Shown: piece after piece, positions 25,728 to 38,070 of the stretch
How positions within the stretch are numbered: position 1 is the stretch's first letter
How the letters are laid out: the number at the start of each line of letters is the position of its first letter
Origin: Octopus sinensis
Taxonomy: Eukaryota
Assembly (NCBI RefSeq): GCF_006345805.1
Contig: NC_043008.1
Location: forward strand, 55,180,001 to 55,244,000
Reading direction: 5' to 3'
Length of the DNA: 64,000 bases
Position numbers and translations under genes: made by a program
Notes under the pieces: generated by a model
The model's database searches: none
Told to the model about the DNA's origin: nothing
The model's input: only the letters and a program-made list of their open reading frames with translations

Positions 25728-27028
25728 TCAGGTCATTAAGAGTGAAATGTTTGATTTTCTTATGTACCAAGTTTGAAAGTCATTAACTCTAATGTTTTAT
25801 CCTAACAATACTTTGTTTTACAATATTGAAGAGACCAAGAGATAGAACATTATCACTTTTTGAAATGCAAGTCATGGTTTCTGATTGTATTGTGAGTTTT
25901 CTCTTGTAAATCAATGTTTGTGAACCCATGACTAGATCAAAAATTTGTGTTGTTTATGAATTTGAGTTCCGTTGTGTAACCAGTGCATCTCAGACAGCCC
26001 GAAACATCAATGAGGTGTTTGGTGAAGATGTGGCGAATGAGTACTCTGTATGTCAGTGGTTTGAGAAGTTCCGGTCTGGCGACTTTACTCTTGAAAATCA
26101 GCCCCGTGGTAGATCTGAGACTAAGGTGAATAATGATGAGCTGGAAATTGTAGGGGAAGTGGATGCATCTCAAACTACACATGAGTTAGCAGCAAGGTTT
26201 GATGTTTCGATTCCAATTGTATTGGACCATCTGAAACAAATCAGCAAAGTAAAGAAGCTGGACAGGTGGGTACCACACAAACTGAACAAGCATCAAATGA
26301 CACATCTTGAAACTTGCTGTTCTTTGCTGTCATGGCATAAAAGCAAACCATTTTTGCATTGTATTGTTATGTGTGATGAAAACTGGTTTCTTTTCAACAA
26401 CAGCAAAATTCTGCATGGTAGTTGGATAGAGATGAAGTGCCAAAACACAATCCAAAAAAGACTATTCACCATAAAAAGCTAATGGTTTTGTGTTTTGTTT
26501 GTTTGGTGGTCCAGCACTGGTGCCATTCACTACAACTTCATGAGACCTGGTAGGTCAATTACAGCAGATGTATACATCAACCAATTGAATGAAATGATGA
26601 GTGAATTTGCAATTAAACAATAGAGATTGGTCCATAGAGACAGGCCAATTCTCTTGCAAGACAATGCTCAACCACATGTTGCACAAAGAATCCTACTCAA
26701 GTTACAAGAACTGAACTTGAAGTACTCTGTCATCCACCATATTCACCAGACCTTACACCTAATGACTATCATGTTTTCCAGGCATTAGACAACTTTTTGC
26801 AAAGAAAAACCTTTAAATCTGAAGAAGATGCAAAAACAGCATTTCGTGATTTCATCACCTCTTGCTTTCCAGAATTCTTCGCTGCCAGCATAATTAAGCT
26901 ACCGATAAAATGTCAAAATTGTGTTGATAATTTATGGGCATACTTTGATTAACTGCATTGCTTTTTGTTGAGATAAAGTAAAATAAACTTTCAGTTTAAA
27001 ATCAAACATTTCATTCTTAATGACCTGA
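25728..27028 (+). mobile_element. Full-length (1.3 kb) defective mariner element
   Basis: ~30-bp TIRs TCAGGTCATTAAGA(G/A)TGAAATGTTTGATTT with TA on the left. ATG at 25928. Motifs WVPHKL, MCDENW, LQDNAQPH and HPPYSPDL, with stops and frameshifts. Confidence 0.93.
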
Positions 27029-27749
27029 TGTGTGTGTGTGTGTGTGACCTTCACTACCATCTAAAAACTAGTTTTGGTTTGTTAATTAATGTCCCTGTAA
27101 TTTAGTGGTTTGGTGAAAGAGACCAAGAGATAGAACAAGTACCTTACTTACTGTAAGTAGTGGGGTTGATTTGTTCAACTAAAACCCTTCAAGGCAATGC
27201 TCCAGTATGGCCACAGTCCAGTGACTGAAACAAGTAAGAGATAAAAGATATTCATGATATCCATGTATACTGTAGACTCTATCATGCTGTCGCCTAGTAT
27301 GTCTGTTAAAAACACCAGCCATGGTAACAAGGGTTCTGTTAATAGTTATCAAGATTATTTGCAGAAGTACTTCCTGAAAATGGTCATTTTGTTTTCTCAT
27401 TTGCCAGCCCTGTTTACGGTATGAATAAAGCAATAAATCTTGTTTCCCTGTTGTCTCAGAACTACTTTACACTTAATTAGTCTATTGTACACTGTGACTA
27501 CTTCAGTTGCCTTATCCATTTCCTGACTACCTTAATTATCTTCATGTTATGGCAAGGACAGTGGTGGTTGGCATGACATTACATACACACATACACATGT
27601 GTGAGAGCATATATAGGTGTCTTAAATGGTTTTAACTGTTGGCACCATGCATTTTTCACCAATTAGTAACTAATTTAACCATGAATACTTGTGTTAGTTT
27701 GTTGCTTGGTTCTATTGTTTATGTGATAGTTTTATAACCAATCTGGTTT

Positions 27750-28250
27750 TTATGGAAATCAGCAAAATATAAGCAAAGTAGCTAGTTCTTAACAAGCAAA
27801 GTAATGTCCATTGCCACCTCAACAGGCTGTTCCATATAGAACAATGTTACTATTATTTTTTTAACTCCAGGAGAACGTCTTTTCTGGCTGGTTAATGACA
27901 ATCTGTGTCTGATGTTTTGCAAGCAGGGGAGGGAACCAGAGGAACCAGCAGGGGAGCTGGTTGTTAACCAGTTGGAGATGTTCTCCTGGGGTTGAAAAAT
28001 AGTGGTTTGTTATTGTACCATACGGAACAGTCATGTTGAAGTGGCAACAGATATATATAAGATAGTTGTTCTGTCAGCTGATGTTTTTCTATGTAGTTCT
28101 ACACTGTTGCTGACTGCAGTTTCTTTGTATCCAAAGAACATAAGGAAGAGTGACATGCCCTCAAGTGGTTATGTAAACCAAGCCTTGATCAAGAGGCTCT
28201 GGTACACTTGGAGCAAATATGTAGGCTGTAGTCAGATGGGGGTCATGAAA
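27750..28250 (-). mobile_element. Highly degraded RTE-like LINE debris
   Basis: HICSKCTRAS*SRLGLHNHLRAC at ~28165-28235 resembles the RTE C-terminal Zn motif. The remainder is ambiguous. Confidence 0.4.
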
Positions 28251-28947
28251 TTACTCTTTTTTTTTGGGGGGGGGGTATTTTCATCTCTTCTCCATCACTG
28301 CAGGGCTTTTCTTCTTGTCTATGCTAAGTAAATTTTTAAGTGAAAATTAGCGCCCAAAATCCAGTCTCATTCTATGAACTTGAAGGCCTGACCATAGTAT
28401 CTCAGCATGCTAAGATGAGTGAAGTGACCAGTAAGCAGTAGGTTTTTTACATTGGAATTGCCTTCTTTTAGGTTAATTGCTTTACAGGGCTAGATATCTC
28501 TACCTACCTTGGATAGCTGGAAAGGTATCAGAGGGCACCAGATTACCTCAGAGACTCCACTCCTTGATTTGCTGTCATGGTTATCTCCCTTAGCCATTTC
28601 CTTTCCCAAGGCACTCATGAGATAATTTGGGTTTGTGGTTGACATTTCTTCCATAACATGCTAATTTATCAATAGCGAGGTCCCTGATGGATGCTACTAA
28701 TCTGGGTCAGACCTGGGAACAAAAGTGGCTAAGAGGTGGTTCCACATTCCTCAAAACCCTAGTTCTCCCAAACCAGGGCCCCACTACCAGATACAGTTTG
28801 AAGTTATATTCAATACCAAGAACAGCAATAATAAACACTATTAAACTTATTTCAAAGATTTGATGGACCTAAGAAATCTGTTGTTCAAAACAAAGCATCT
28901 TCGCATAATAAAAAAAGCAAAATAGTCAATGAAAATATTTTAAAACT

Positions 28948-29352
28948 GGAGTGGCTGTGTGGTAAATAGCTTGCTTACAAACCACATGGTTCTGGGTTCA
29001 GTCCCACTGCGTGGCATCTTGGGCAAGTGTCTTCTGCTATAGCCTCGGGCCGACCAATGCCTTGTGGGTGGATTTGGTAGACGGAAACTGAAAGAAGCCT
29101 GTCGTATATATGTATATATATATATATATTTATGTGTGTGTATATGTTTGTGTGTCTGTGTTTGTCCCCCTAGCATTGCTTGACAACCGATGCTGGTGTG
29201 TTTACGATCTCGTCACTTAGCGGTTCGGCAAAAGAGACTAATAGAATAAGTACTGAGCTTACAAAGAATAAGTCCCAGGGTCGATTTGCTCGACTAAAGG
29301 TGGTGCTTCCAGCATGGCCACAGTCAAATGACTGAAACGAGTAAAGAGAGAG
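28948..29352 (+). mobile_element. SINE-A, young full-length copy
   Basis: Complete head, TA/TG spacer and tail. Confidence 0.93.
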
Positions 29353-30267
29353 TATGTAGTTTGTGAGTCAGTTTGAATGTTCTTTCAGTAGCTTGCACAT
29401 GCACTGCCACTAATGCACATGCACACACATTGCACACATATATAACTGCTTCGTTTATAAGTCTGTATATTATTAAACATGTAATGCATGAGGGATTCAG
29501 TACAGGTTGTAGGAACAAAATGTTTATCTACGAATGGTGATCCTCTGTTTCGAACTTTTGACAAATCTGACTTCTCAAAACATTTGGGTTTACAAAAACC
29601 AATATTGACAAAACCTTGAAGTAACCAGTCACCAGAAAATGCCAGCTTCTAAATCCTGCTTTCTCATTAGGTAAAATTGATTGAACTTTAAACCCCAGTA
29701 ACATTTTGCTGAAACTTTTCTGGAACAAATAAATAACAAAATTGGATTTAACGTGAAAGATTATTTCAATATACCAAATTTGGAAACTTTGACATAATTC
29801 TAAAATTTCACTATATGTGATAGCAACAGGTAGAGAGACAGACAATTACAAGACCACACACACACACACACATTTACAAACACAGGTTATCATGAGTTTC
29901 AAATAGTGTGTAGTAGGCCTGCAAAACTGACCAGTGTTTCATTAACTTGTTATGATACCAAGTTTAAACTTTGGCTTATAGAGCTTGCAAGGGATGGTGA
30001 CCTCTGGCCAGAAGACTTGGCCAAAATACTTAAGACTGAAATAAAATCTCTAGTAGATCCACAACAAGAAAATGGGTTTTTGGATTTACAACAATGACTT
30101 TGGGAAAGGTATGAATATAAGAGCATCTTATTTAGAATAAAGAGTACACTGTAGAGCAGTGGTCAGTTTGCCAGCAAACTAGATGCAAGCCTTCATTCCA
30201 AACACCATCTGTACAGTATTTTCTAACATAAGTTCTATGTAGTATATAGTGTAATCATGTAGTGTAA

Positions 30268-30495
30268 AAGGCGGTGAGCTGGCAGAAACGTTAGCACGCC
30301 AGGCGAAATACTTAGGAGTATTTTGTCTGTCTTTATGTTCTGAGTTCAAATTCCGCCGAGGTCGACTTTGCCTTTCATCCTTTCGGGGTCAATAAATAAA
30401 GTACCAGTTACACACTGGGGACGATGTAATCGACTAAATCCCTTTGTCTGTCCTTGTTTGTCCCCTCTATGTTTAGCCCCTTGTTAGCAATAAAA
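30268..30495 (+). mobile_element. SINE-N, full length
   Basis: Near-consensus. The flanking text atgtagtgtaa recurs on both sides as a possible TSD. Confidence 0.88.
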
Positions 30496-31558
30496 AAAAA
30501 ACATGTAGTGTAAACATTCAAGTATCATCACTATCTTTCTAAATCCTGCTGCATTCCGTGTAAAAGTTTTGTCCTCCAAAGTTGTCTTAGTGTATAATAG
30601 GTCAACCTGTCCATTTTGGCTGTAAATTTTGGTCTATTTGATTTGTATGCCAAGAAATACAGTAATTATTTCTTTGTTCACATTCATTACATAGGCATAG
30701 AAATGGCTGTGTGGTTGAGAAGTTTACTTCCAAACCAAATGGTTTGGGGTTCAATCTGACTGTGTGACACCTTGGTGTCTTCTGCCATAGCCCTGGGTTG
30801 ACCAAAGCTTTGAGTGGCCTTGATTGACAGAAGCTGGAAGTAGCCTGTTCTTTACATGTGTGTGTTTTTGTTTACGTTTGCACTTGTCCACAAATTGCTC
30901 AGCTATGAATTATTGCTGTCATTTTCTTGTTGATATATCATCCATGGGCTCTGTGCCTTCAGAGATGTGTGTGTAATGAGATATCCCATTTTTGAAAACA
31001 GATGAGGATTAGTGACAGGAAGGGTATCCGGCTGCAAACTAATGTCTCTGTAATATTTTCATTTAACCCTTGCTAACATGGAAACACAGATATTAAGATA
31101 GAAAAAAATATAGGTAAATTTCAAATGCTTTTGAGAAAGGCATGCATGCCATATAATCTCCTTTCCCCTTATATTCTCATCAGAGATCAATGCTAAAAGA
31201 ATCATAGTTAAGTGAGCCCACCTTCTGTTTTAGTTCCTATTTGAAATTATCTCAGTACATTTATTCTACTGATGTCTTGGTGTCTTTAGAAAAGGCTTGA
31301 ACATGATAACTATGCCATTTAGTGCATGCGCCCGCACACCCACACATCCACACTTCCTCCATGTAACTTAATTTTAAAGACAACCTTGTGCCTGGTAAAA
31401 AAAAGAAGTCAGTATTTGTTGAAATACATTTGTTCTTGAGAGAATATATTTATTTGCTCTCTTTCAACCTATCTCTGTCTCTCTCTGTATCACACATTCA
31501 TTCACTCAACCTGTGTCTCTCTCTCTCTCTCTTTGTCTCATTCCCCACAAATGTTTAG

Positions 31559-31621
31559 CAAGAGGCTGTTCAAGCGTGGAACTACGCAAGTCGATTAAAG
31601 AAAACAGTTGACCATTTACAG
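31559..31621 (+). CDS. Host gene exon E, phase 0 to 0: QEAVQAWNYASRLKKTVDHLQ
   Basis: CT-rich tract then atgtttAG acceptor, CAG|GTTATT donor, 63 nt open and in phase with exon D across a ~20 kb intron. Intervening exons cannot be excluded. Confidence 0.7.
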
Positions 31622-31969
31622 GTTATTAAATGCATTTTATTTATAATTTTTTCTATATTATATTATAGAGTATGCATTAATTTATTACCACTTACTGAAT
31701 TATTATTATAATTATTATCATCATCATTATTATGTCTTGTGTTTGCACAGTGCCACAGATTTTTAATTGAAGGGTGTAGCAAGTGAATTAACTCCAGTAG
31801 TTTCTTGGTACTTCCAATATTTTTTTGATCTTCATTCCCCCACCAATGGAAAAATAAAAAGTATTATCAACTCTAAGTGATATTTGAATGCACAATTTAG
31901 AGAGGAACTAAATACTTTGAGTAGTTTTATCCACCACAAATATCATCATCGTCATTATCATTATTATTC

Positions 31970-32830
31970 TACCAAGGTCATCATTGCCTTTCATCTTTTC
32001 TGGGTTTTTGAAATAAGTACCAGTTGCACATTGGGGTCGATGTAATTGGTTAGTTCCTGCCCCCAAAATTTCAGGCCTTTTGCCTATAGTAGAAAGAATT
32101 ATTATTATTGAGTGAGAGAGCAGTGCATGCCATCAAAGTGATACTGGGGTACAAATATACAAAGCCCAGTATACCCATCATGACTACCCATCTGATAAGG
32201 GTACACCAAGCACGTGTATCACAACCATACGTGCAAGAAAAACTCTGCATGGCCTTGCAGATGAGGGCCCTGTTAGAATTTTCTTCAGGTCGAGTGGTCA
32301 TTGTTGTTGTTGTTGTTATTATTATTATTATTATTATTATCATTGAGAAGGTGGTGAGCTGGCAGAATCATTAGCACATCGGGCAAAATGCTTAGCAGCT
32401 TTTCATCTGTCTTTACACTCTGAGTTCAAATTCCACCAGGCTCGACTTTGCCTTTCCCCCTTTCAGGGTTGATAACATAAGTACCAGTTGAACAATGGGA
32501 TCGATGTAATTGACTTAGCCCCTCCCTTAAAATTTCAGGCCCTTGTGCCTCTAGCAGAAAGCATTATTATTATTAGTAGTAGTAGAAGTAGTATTAGTAT
32601 TAGTAAGGCAGCAAGCTGGCAGAATTGTTGCCCTGTCAGAAAAAGTATTTTGTGGTATTTCTTCTGACTTCAAATTCCATCGAGATCAACTTTGCCTTTC
32701 ATACTTTCTGGGCTGATAAAGTAAATATTTCCCAAGTATGCAATGTAACTGACTGACTCTCTCCCCTTGAATTGCTAGTGTTGGGCTAAAATTTTTAACC
32801 TATATCATTATTATTATTATTATTATTGGG
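31970..32830 (+). mobile_element. Second head-to-tail SINE-N cluster, with an unrelated element at ~32107-32295
   Basis: Heads at ~32348 and ~32604, plus a partial copy at 31970-32100, separated by (ATT)n. Confidence 0.7.
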
Positions 32831-33219
32831 GGCAGTGAAAATAGCCAAATCATTATAGTGTTGAATTAGAACCTTTGTAGTAATTGGTTTTGTCCTTCTC
32901 CATTCTGTGTTCAAATCTTGACTGGAATGATTATAAATTTTTTTTTTTATTTTTTAACTTTTTGAAAATTAAGTACCAGTTATATTCTGGGTTTAATTCA
33001 GTCACCTATGTCCTTCTTCTTATAAATATATGCATTTGTGTTATTGTAAGATATTTCATTTTTTTTTTCTTTTTGCATTCATTTTTGCATGCTTGCATGT
33101 CTGCAACGCCTCATTTGTTGGGGCATATTTTTTTCACAATTGCAGGTCTTTCATGTTTACAACCATTCGGCTGTGAAGTAGAAGTCAAGTGAAAGTCTTT
33201 CCTGTTAACAACCCCTTCA

Positions 33220-33995
33220 CTGTAAAGCAAGGTTCAATGATTCTACTCAATTGTGAACTAAGAGTCAGTGACCTTTCTCAACTGTAAAGTAGTAGTTAAT
33301 GTCACTGTTCAACTGAAGAGTCACAGCCCTCACACTGCTGTGAAGGATTTATGCCCTTGCTCAACTGTGAAGTAAGAGTCAATATCCTTACTCAACTGAG
33401 GAATCAATTTCCTTCCTCACCTGGACAGAGTTGATTTCTTTACTTGACTGGGAAGAATCAATTTCCTTATTCAGCTGTGAAGTAAGAGTCAATGTCCTTA
33501 CTCAGCTGTGACATAGGAGTCAATGTCCTTACTCATTAGTGGCATAGGAGTCGATGTCCTTACTCAGCTGTGACGTAGGAGTCAATGTCCTTACTCAACT
33601 GTGATATAGGGGTCAATGCCCTTACTTAAGTGTGACGTAGGAGTCAATGCTCTCACTCAAGTGTGACATAGGAGTCAATGCCCTTACTCAAGTATAGCGT
33701 AGGAGTCAATGCCCTTACTCAAGTGTGACATAAGAGTCAATGCCCTTACTCAACTGTGACATAGGAGTCAATGCCCTTACTCAAGTGTGACATAGGAGTC
33801 AATGCCCTTACTCAAGTGTGACATAGGAGTCAATGAATGCCCTTACTCAAGTGTGATGTAGGAGTCGATGCCCTTACTCAAGTGTGATGTAGGAGTCGAT
33901 GCACTTACTCAACTATAACGTAGGGGTTGATGCCCTTTCTCAACTGTGACACAGGTCAATGTCCTTACTCAACTTTGAACTAGGGGTTAATGTCC
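33220..33995. repeat. 31-bp minisatellite (GTCAATGCCCTTACTCAAGTGTGACATAGGA)
   Basis: Period 31 confirmed between 33736 and 33767. Clean core ~33480-33990, degenerate to the left. Confidence 0.92.
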
Positions 33996-34270
33996 CTATA
34001 TCAGACAAAATGCTTGGTGGCATTTTGCTCCAGCTTCTTATGTTCTGAGTTCAAATACTGTTGAAGTTGGCTTTGCCTTTCATCCTTTCAGGATTGATAA
34101 AATAAGTACCAGCTGAGTACTATTGACAATTTAATTGACTAACCTTCTACCACGAAACTTCAGGCCTTGTATCAATATTAGAAAGCATCATCATTATTAT
34201 TATCATTATTATTGGTGATCTCATCAAGATAAACAGTGCATGACCTTGCAGGTGGGAGCCCAGTTAGAAG

Positions 34271-34867
34271 GTACTGCATCAAGGCAAAGCCAGCGCCCGC
34301 TACTGCATCAGGGCAAAGCCAGTGCCTGGTACTGCATTAGAGCAAAGCCAGTACCTGGTACTGCATTAGAGCAAAGCCAGAGCCTGGTACTGCATCAGGG
34401 CAAAGCCAGCGCCTCGTACTGCATCAGGGCAAAGCCAGTGCCTGGTACTGCATCAGGGCAAAGCCAGCGCCTCGTACTGCATCAGAGCAAAGCCAGAGCC
34501 TCGTACTGCATCAGGGCAAAGCCAGTGCCTGATACTGCATCAGGGCAAAGCCAGCGCTTGGTACTGCATCAGGGCAAAGCCAGTGCTTGGTACTGCATCA
34601 AGGCAAAGCCAGCGCCCGCTACTGCATCAGGGCAAAGCCAGTGCCTGGTACTGCATTAGAGCAAAGCCAGTACCTGGTACTGCATTAGAGCAAAGCCAGA
34701 GCCTGGTACTGCATCAGGGCAAAGCCAGCGCCTCGTACTGCATCAGGGCAAAGCCAGTGCCTGGTACTGCATCAGGGCAAAGCCAGCGCCTCGTACTGCA
34801 TCAGAGCAAAGCCAGAGCCTCGTACTGCATCAGGGCAAAGCCAGTGCCTGGTACTGCATCAGGGCAA
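34271..34867. repeat. 29-bp minisatellite (GTACTGCATCAGGGCAAAGCCAGTGCCTG), ~20.5 units
   Basis: Direct inspection. The variant order repeats at 319 bp (34271 versus 34590). Confidence 0.95.
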
Positions 34868-35055
34868 TTATTATTATTATTATTAGAGACGCACTGGCCA
34901 AGTGTAGAATGGAATGAAGCTACCTTTGGTGAAGGGTCTCATTAATTTGTATCCCTTACAGCCATTTTTGTGTTGAGCTAGAAACTTTTTTTTATGTGAC
35001 TTGCAAAGAGAGGCTTTTACAAATGAAGCATGTGGCTGAGATACTACTGCTGCTG

Positions 35056-35098
<43 letters not shown>

Positions 35099-35316
35099 AA
35101 AGTCTGCTACTAACACCATCACCACTACATCTATTAACATTGTGAGTCATGTTTACTAATATTGATATTTTAGTCTTGGAACCGTATTTCTTTCCTGTTC
35201 TGTTCAGATTATTGACAAAAGATTTTTTTTACTGACTTTATTGCTTTGTATTTGCATTCATATATCTTATGCCTACATGTAGGATGTGTTAATACACACA
35301 CACACACACGCACACA

Positions 35317-36111
35317 CTTTCAACATTTCACACCCAAACCTACATGATCATCATGGTCACCAATGGCAACATCATCATCATCATCGTCGTCGTTTAACGT
35401 CCGCTTTCCATGCTAGCATGGGTTGGACGGTTCAACTGGGCTCTGGGAAGCCCGAAGGCTGCACCAGGCCAATCAGATCTGGCAGTGTTTCTACAGCTGG
35501 ATGCCCTTCCTAACGCCAACCACTCCGTGAGTGTAGTGAGTACTTTTTACGTGCCACCGACACAGGTGCCAGACGAGGCTGGCGAACGGCCATGCTCGGA
35601 TGGTGCTTTTTACGTGCCACCGGCACGGAGGCCAGGCAAGGCTGGCAACGGCCACAATCAGATGGTGTTTGTTACGTGCCACCAGTACGGAGGCCAGTCG
35701 ATGTGGTGCTGGCTACGGCCATGTTCGGATGGTTCTCTTATGGCAACAAATGCCTTAAATCATGTTCTTTTGCCACCTTGAGTTTGCTTTTGTGTAGACT
35801 TTGTCTTCAAAACTTCATCCGTAAGAGTTGAGCCCAGGGAGAAAAAAAAATTAATGATTTCTGCCTCTGTGGTTGGATGCAAGAACAGACAGATTTCTTC
35901 AAGGGTCTTGATTTAAATGACGTCCCCCAGACAACCTTAATTCAGTTACAGGAACCCATTCTTTGTCAGCATCTTTAGCACCTTGACCCCTTTTGTAGCC
36001 TCTTCCACATTCTTGACCCTGTCCACAACAATGACCTCTACTACTGAAACTACCTCTAAAACCTCTGCTACCAGCTGAAGCTGCATCCATCATTGGTGGT
36101 CTGTAAGAAAG
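35317..36111 (-). pseudogene. RPS2: 40S ribosomal protein S2 retrocopy (5' half), interrupted by SINE-M
   Basis: ATG at 36093. SRGFRGSF...[46 protein letters not shown], then after the SINE VAIGDHDDHVGLGVKC. No introns in the aligned span. Stops and frameshifts present. Confidence 0.9.
35372..35739 (-). mobile_element. SINE-M inserted in the RPS2 retrocopy
   Basis: 9-bp TSD ATGGCAACA at 35363-35371 and 35740-35748. Confidence 0.9.
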
Positions 36112-37359
36112 ACTGTAACTTAGTAGTTCAGCAAAAGTGACCGACAGAATAAGTACCAGGCTTAAAGAATACATGTACTGGGGTTGATTCATCCAACTAA
36201 AAACTCTTTGAGGTGGTGCCCCAGCATGGCCACAATCAAATGACTGAAACAAGTTAAAGATAAGAGGATGTGCATATATATATGCACATACGTATAAATA
36301 TACATATCTGTAATCATTGGGGCTCAGGTGGAATTGGTTGAGGCAGCTTCATCTGCAGTTAGATTCCCTTCCTGTCACCAGCCATCACCTGTTTCCAATT
36401 AAGGTAATTTTCTCATAATTAGACATGTTTTTCCTGGAAGATGAGCATGGTTGTATGACAATGATGCTCATTTACAACCATCACGTAATGTTTTGACAAG
36501 GACACATACACACACACACACACACACACATGACAACGTTCTTTCTATTTCTGACCACCAAATCCATTCACAAGCCTTTGTTCATCCCGGGGACATCTAA
36601 TATGCCCGTGTGCCTTTTATGCCATCAAGTAATACACACACACAGCACGAAATACAGATGTGAAATGATGATTTCTAATATACTATCACTCACAAACAAG
36701 TATGGCCTTGTAGCATGTACCATGCTTTTGTTAGTTGTTATAGGGGCCTATGTAGTTGTGAGCCGACTTAGATACCTTCTAGGCTCAACCCAGCAGAACA
36801 TGGAGTATGTGACAAGTGGAGGGAGAAAGGACTATGCCAGCGAAATAGACTGGACTATAGTGTTTTTATTGAAGGAAGCAACGCATTGCCTGGTCTGGTC
36901 CAGAAATTGAACTTACCACCTTACACTCTTAAACCTAACACCTTAACCACAAAGCCATATGATTTCTATAGGTTCACAGAGAGAATAAGATGAAAAATGG
37001 TTTGCTTTTGACAAAATATTCCTTACATTATTTAGTTACAAGACTAAGTTCTAACTACAGTTGCTGAAACCTTCTTTACATTTTGTGATTCTGGGGCCGG
37101 ATAAGATAAGTACTTGGTATTTATTGTTAACACATTGATCACATTCCAAAGTGTGTGTGTGTGTGAATCTTACTATCCCATAGCTTAGCTTGAGTTGGCA
37201 TTATGATCAGTTGCTCTATGCTTTCAAAATCTTGTGGAATAAAAATGATCTTACCTGAAAAACCGGTATGGATTGGTGACACAAACTGCAATACCTATAA
37301 AATCCTGCCCCAAATATATTGTCATCTACCCCATGCAAGCTCAGAAACACAGGCATTAA

Positions 37360-37580
37360 CCCTTTCATTACCAACCCGGGCAAAACCGGCTCTGGCTCTG
37401 TAGTACAAATGTCTTGTTTTCATAAGTTTTGAATTAAAATCTTCCACCAAACCTTAGTCACAATTTATGTTCCTAACACTAGCTGAATGATAACGAAGTT
37501 ATTTTACTAAATTCTTTGTTATATTTAAAGTAATTGAAAGAAACACAGAGCATCTCAAAATAAGTACGGTAATGAAAGGG
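37360..37580. mobile_element. piggyBac-type MITE family 1, best-preserved copy
   Basis: Perfect 13-bp TIR CCCTTTCATTACC/GGTAATGAAAGGG with TTAA on both sides. Confidence 0.9.
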
Positions 37581-37609
37581 TTAAATGAACAAGTGAAGAT
37601 CACAACGAG

Positions 37610-37963
37610 GGACTTCTTGCACTTAAACACTTCCTTCACCATTGGCCTGACCCCTCAACCTGACACCTCCACACTTCTTCATCTGACTGAACTTGTCCTC
37701 ACCCTCAACTGCTTCTCATTCATGGGGGAGTTTTACCAACAGATCTTGTGAGTGGCCATAGGGACAAGAATGGGGCCCCAACTATGCGAACCTTTTCATT
37801 GGCTATGTTGAGGCCCAAATATTCTTACAATTCACTAGTTCCACTCCCAAGCTATATGGCCATTATATTGATGACTGTATCTGCACGACCTCACTCTCCC
37901 GTGAACAACTAGACTCCTTCCTCTCCTTTGTCCAATTCTACCATCCTTCCCTCGAATTCTCCT
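37610..37963 (+). mobile_element. Penelope-like element reverse transcriptase fragment
   Basis: ELVLTLNCFSF, VAIGTRMGP(fs)NYANLFIGYVE, YGHYIDDC, FYHPSLEFS. These match PLE RT motifs GxxMG...YANL and YxDD. Confidence 0.85.
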
Positions 37964-38070
37964 TATGCCAGGGACAAGCATAAGTATCTTACTAAATGGC
38001 TACCTCACATTTATATAAGTTTGAGAATATCTGGGAAAAGAATGTATGGATGTATGTTTGTGTGTGTGTT

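Noticed and set aside
28948-29020. tRNA-like sequences at SINE heads
   Set aside because: They are continuous with SINE bodies and do not fold as standard tRNA genes. No true tRNA gene is supported.
29906-30097. ORF ...KLWLIELARDGDLWPEDLAKILKTEIKSL...
   Set aside because: No convincing splice sites in frame and no family recognised.
33220-34867. Regular ~30-bp repeats superficially like a CRISPR array
   Set aside because: Units are directly tandem with no unique spacers, there are no cas genes, and the context is eukaryotic.
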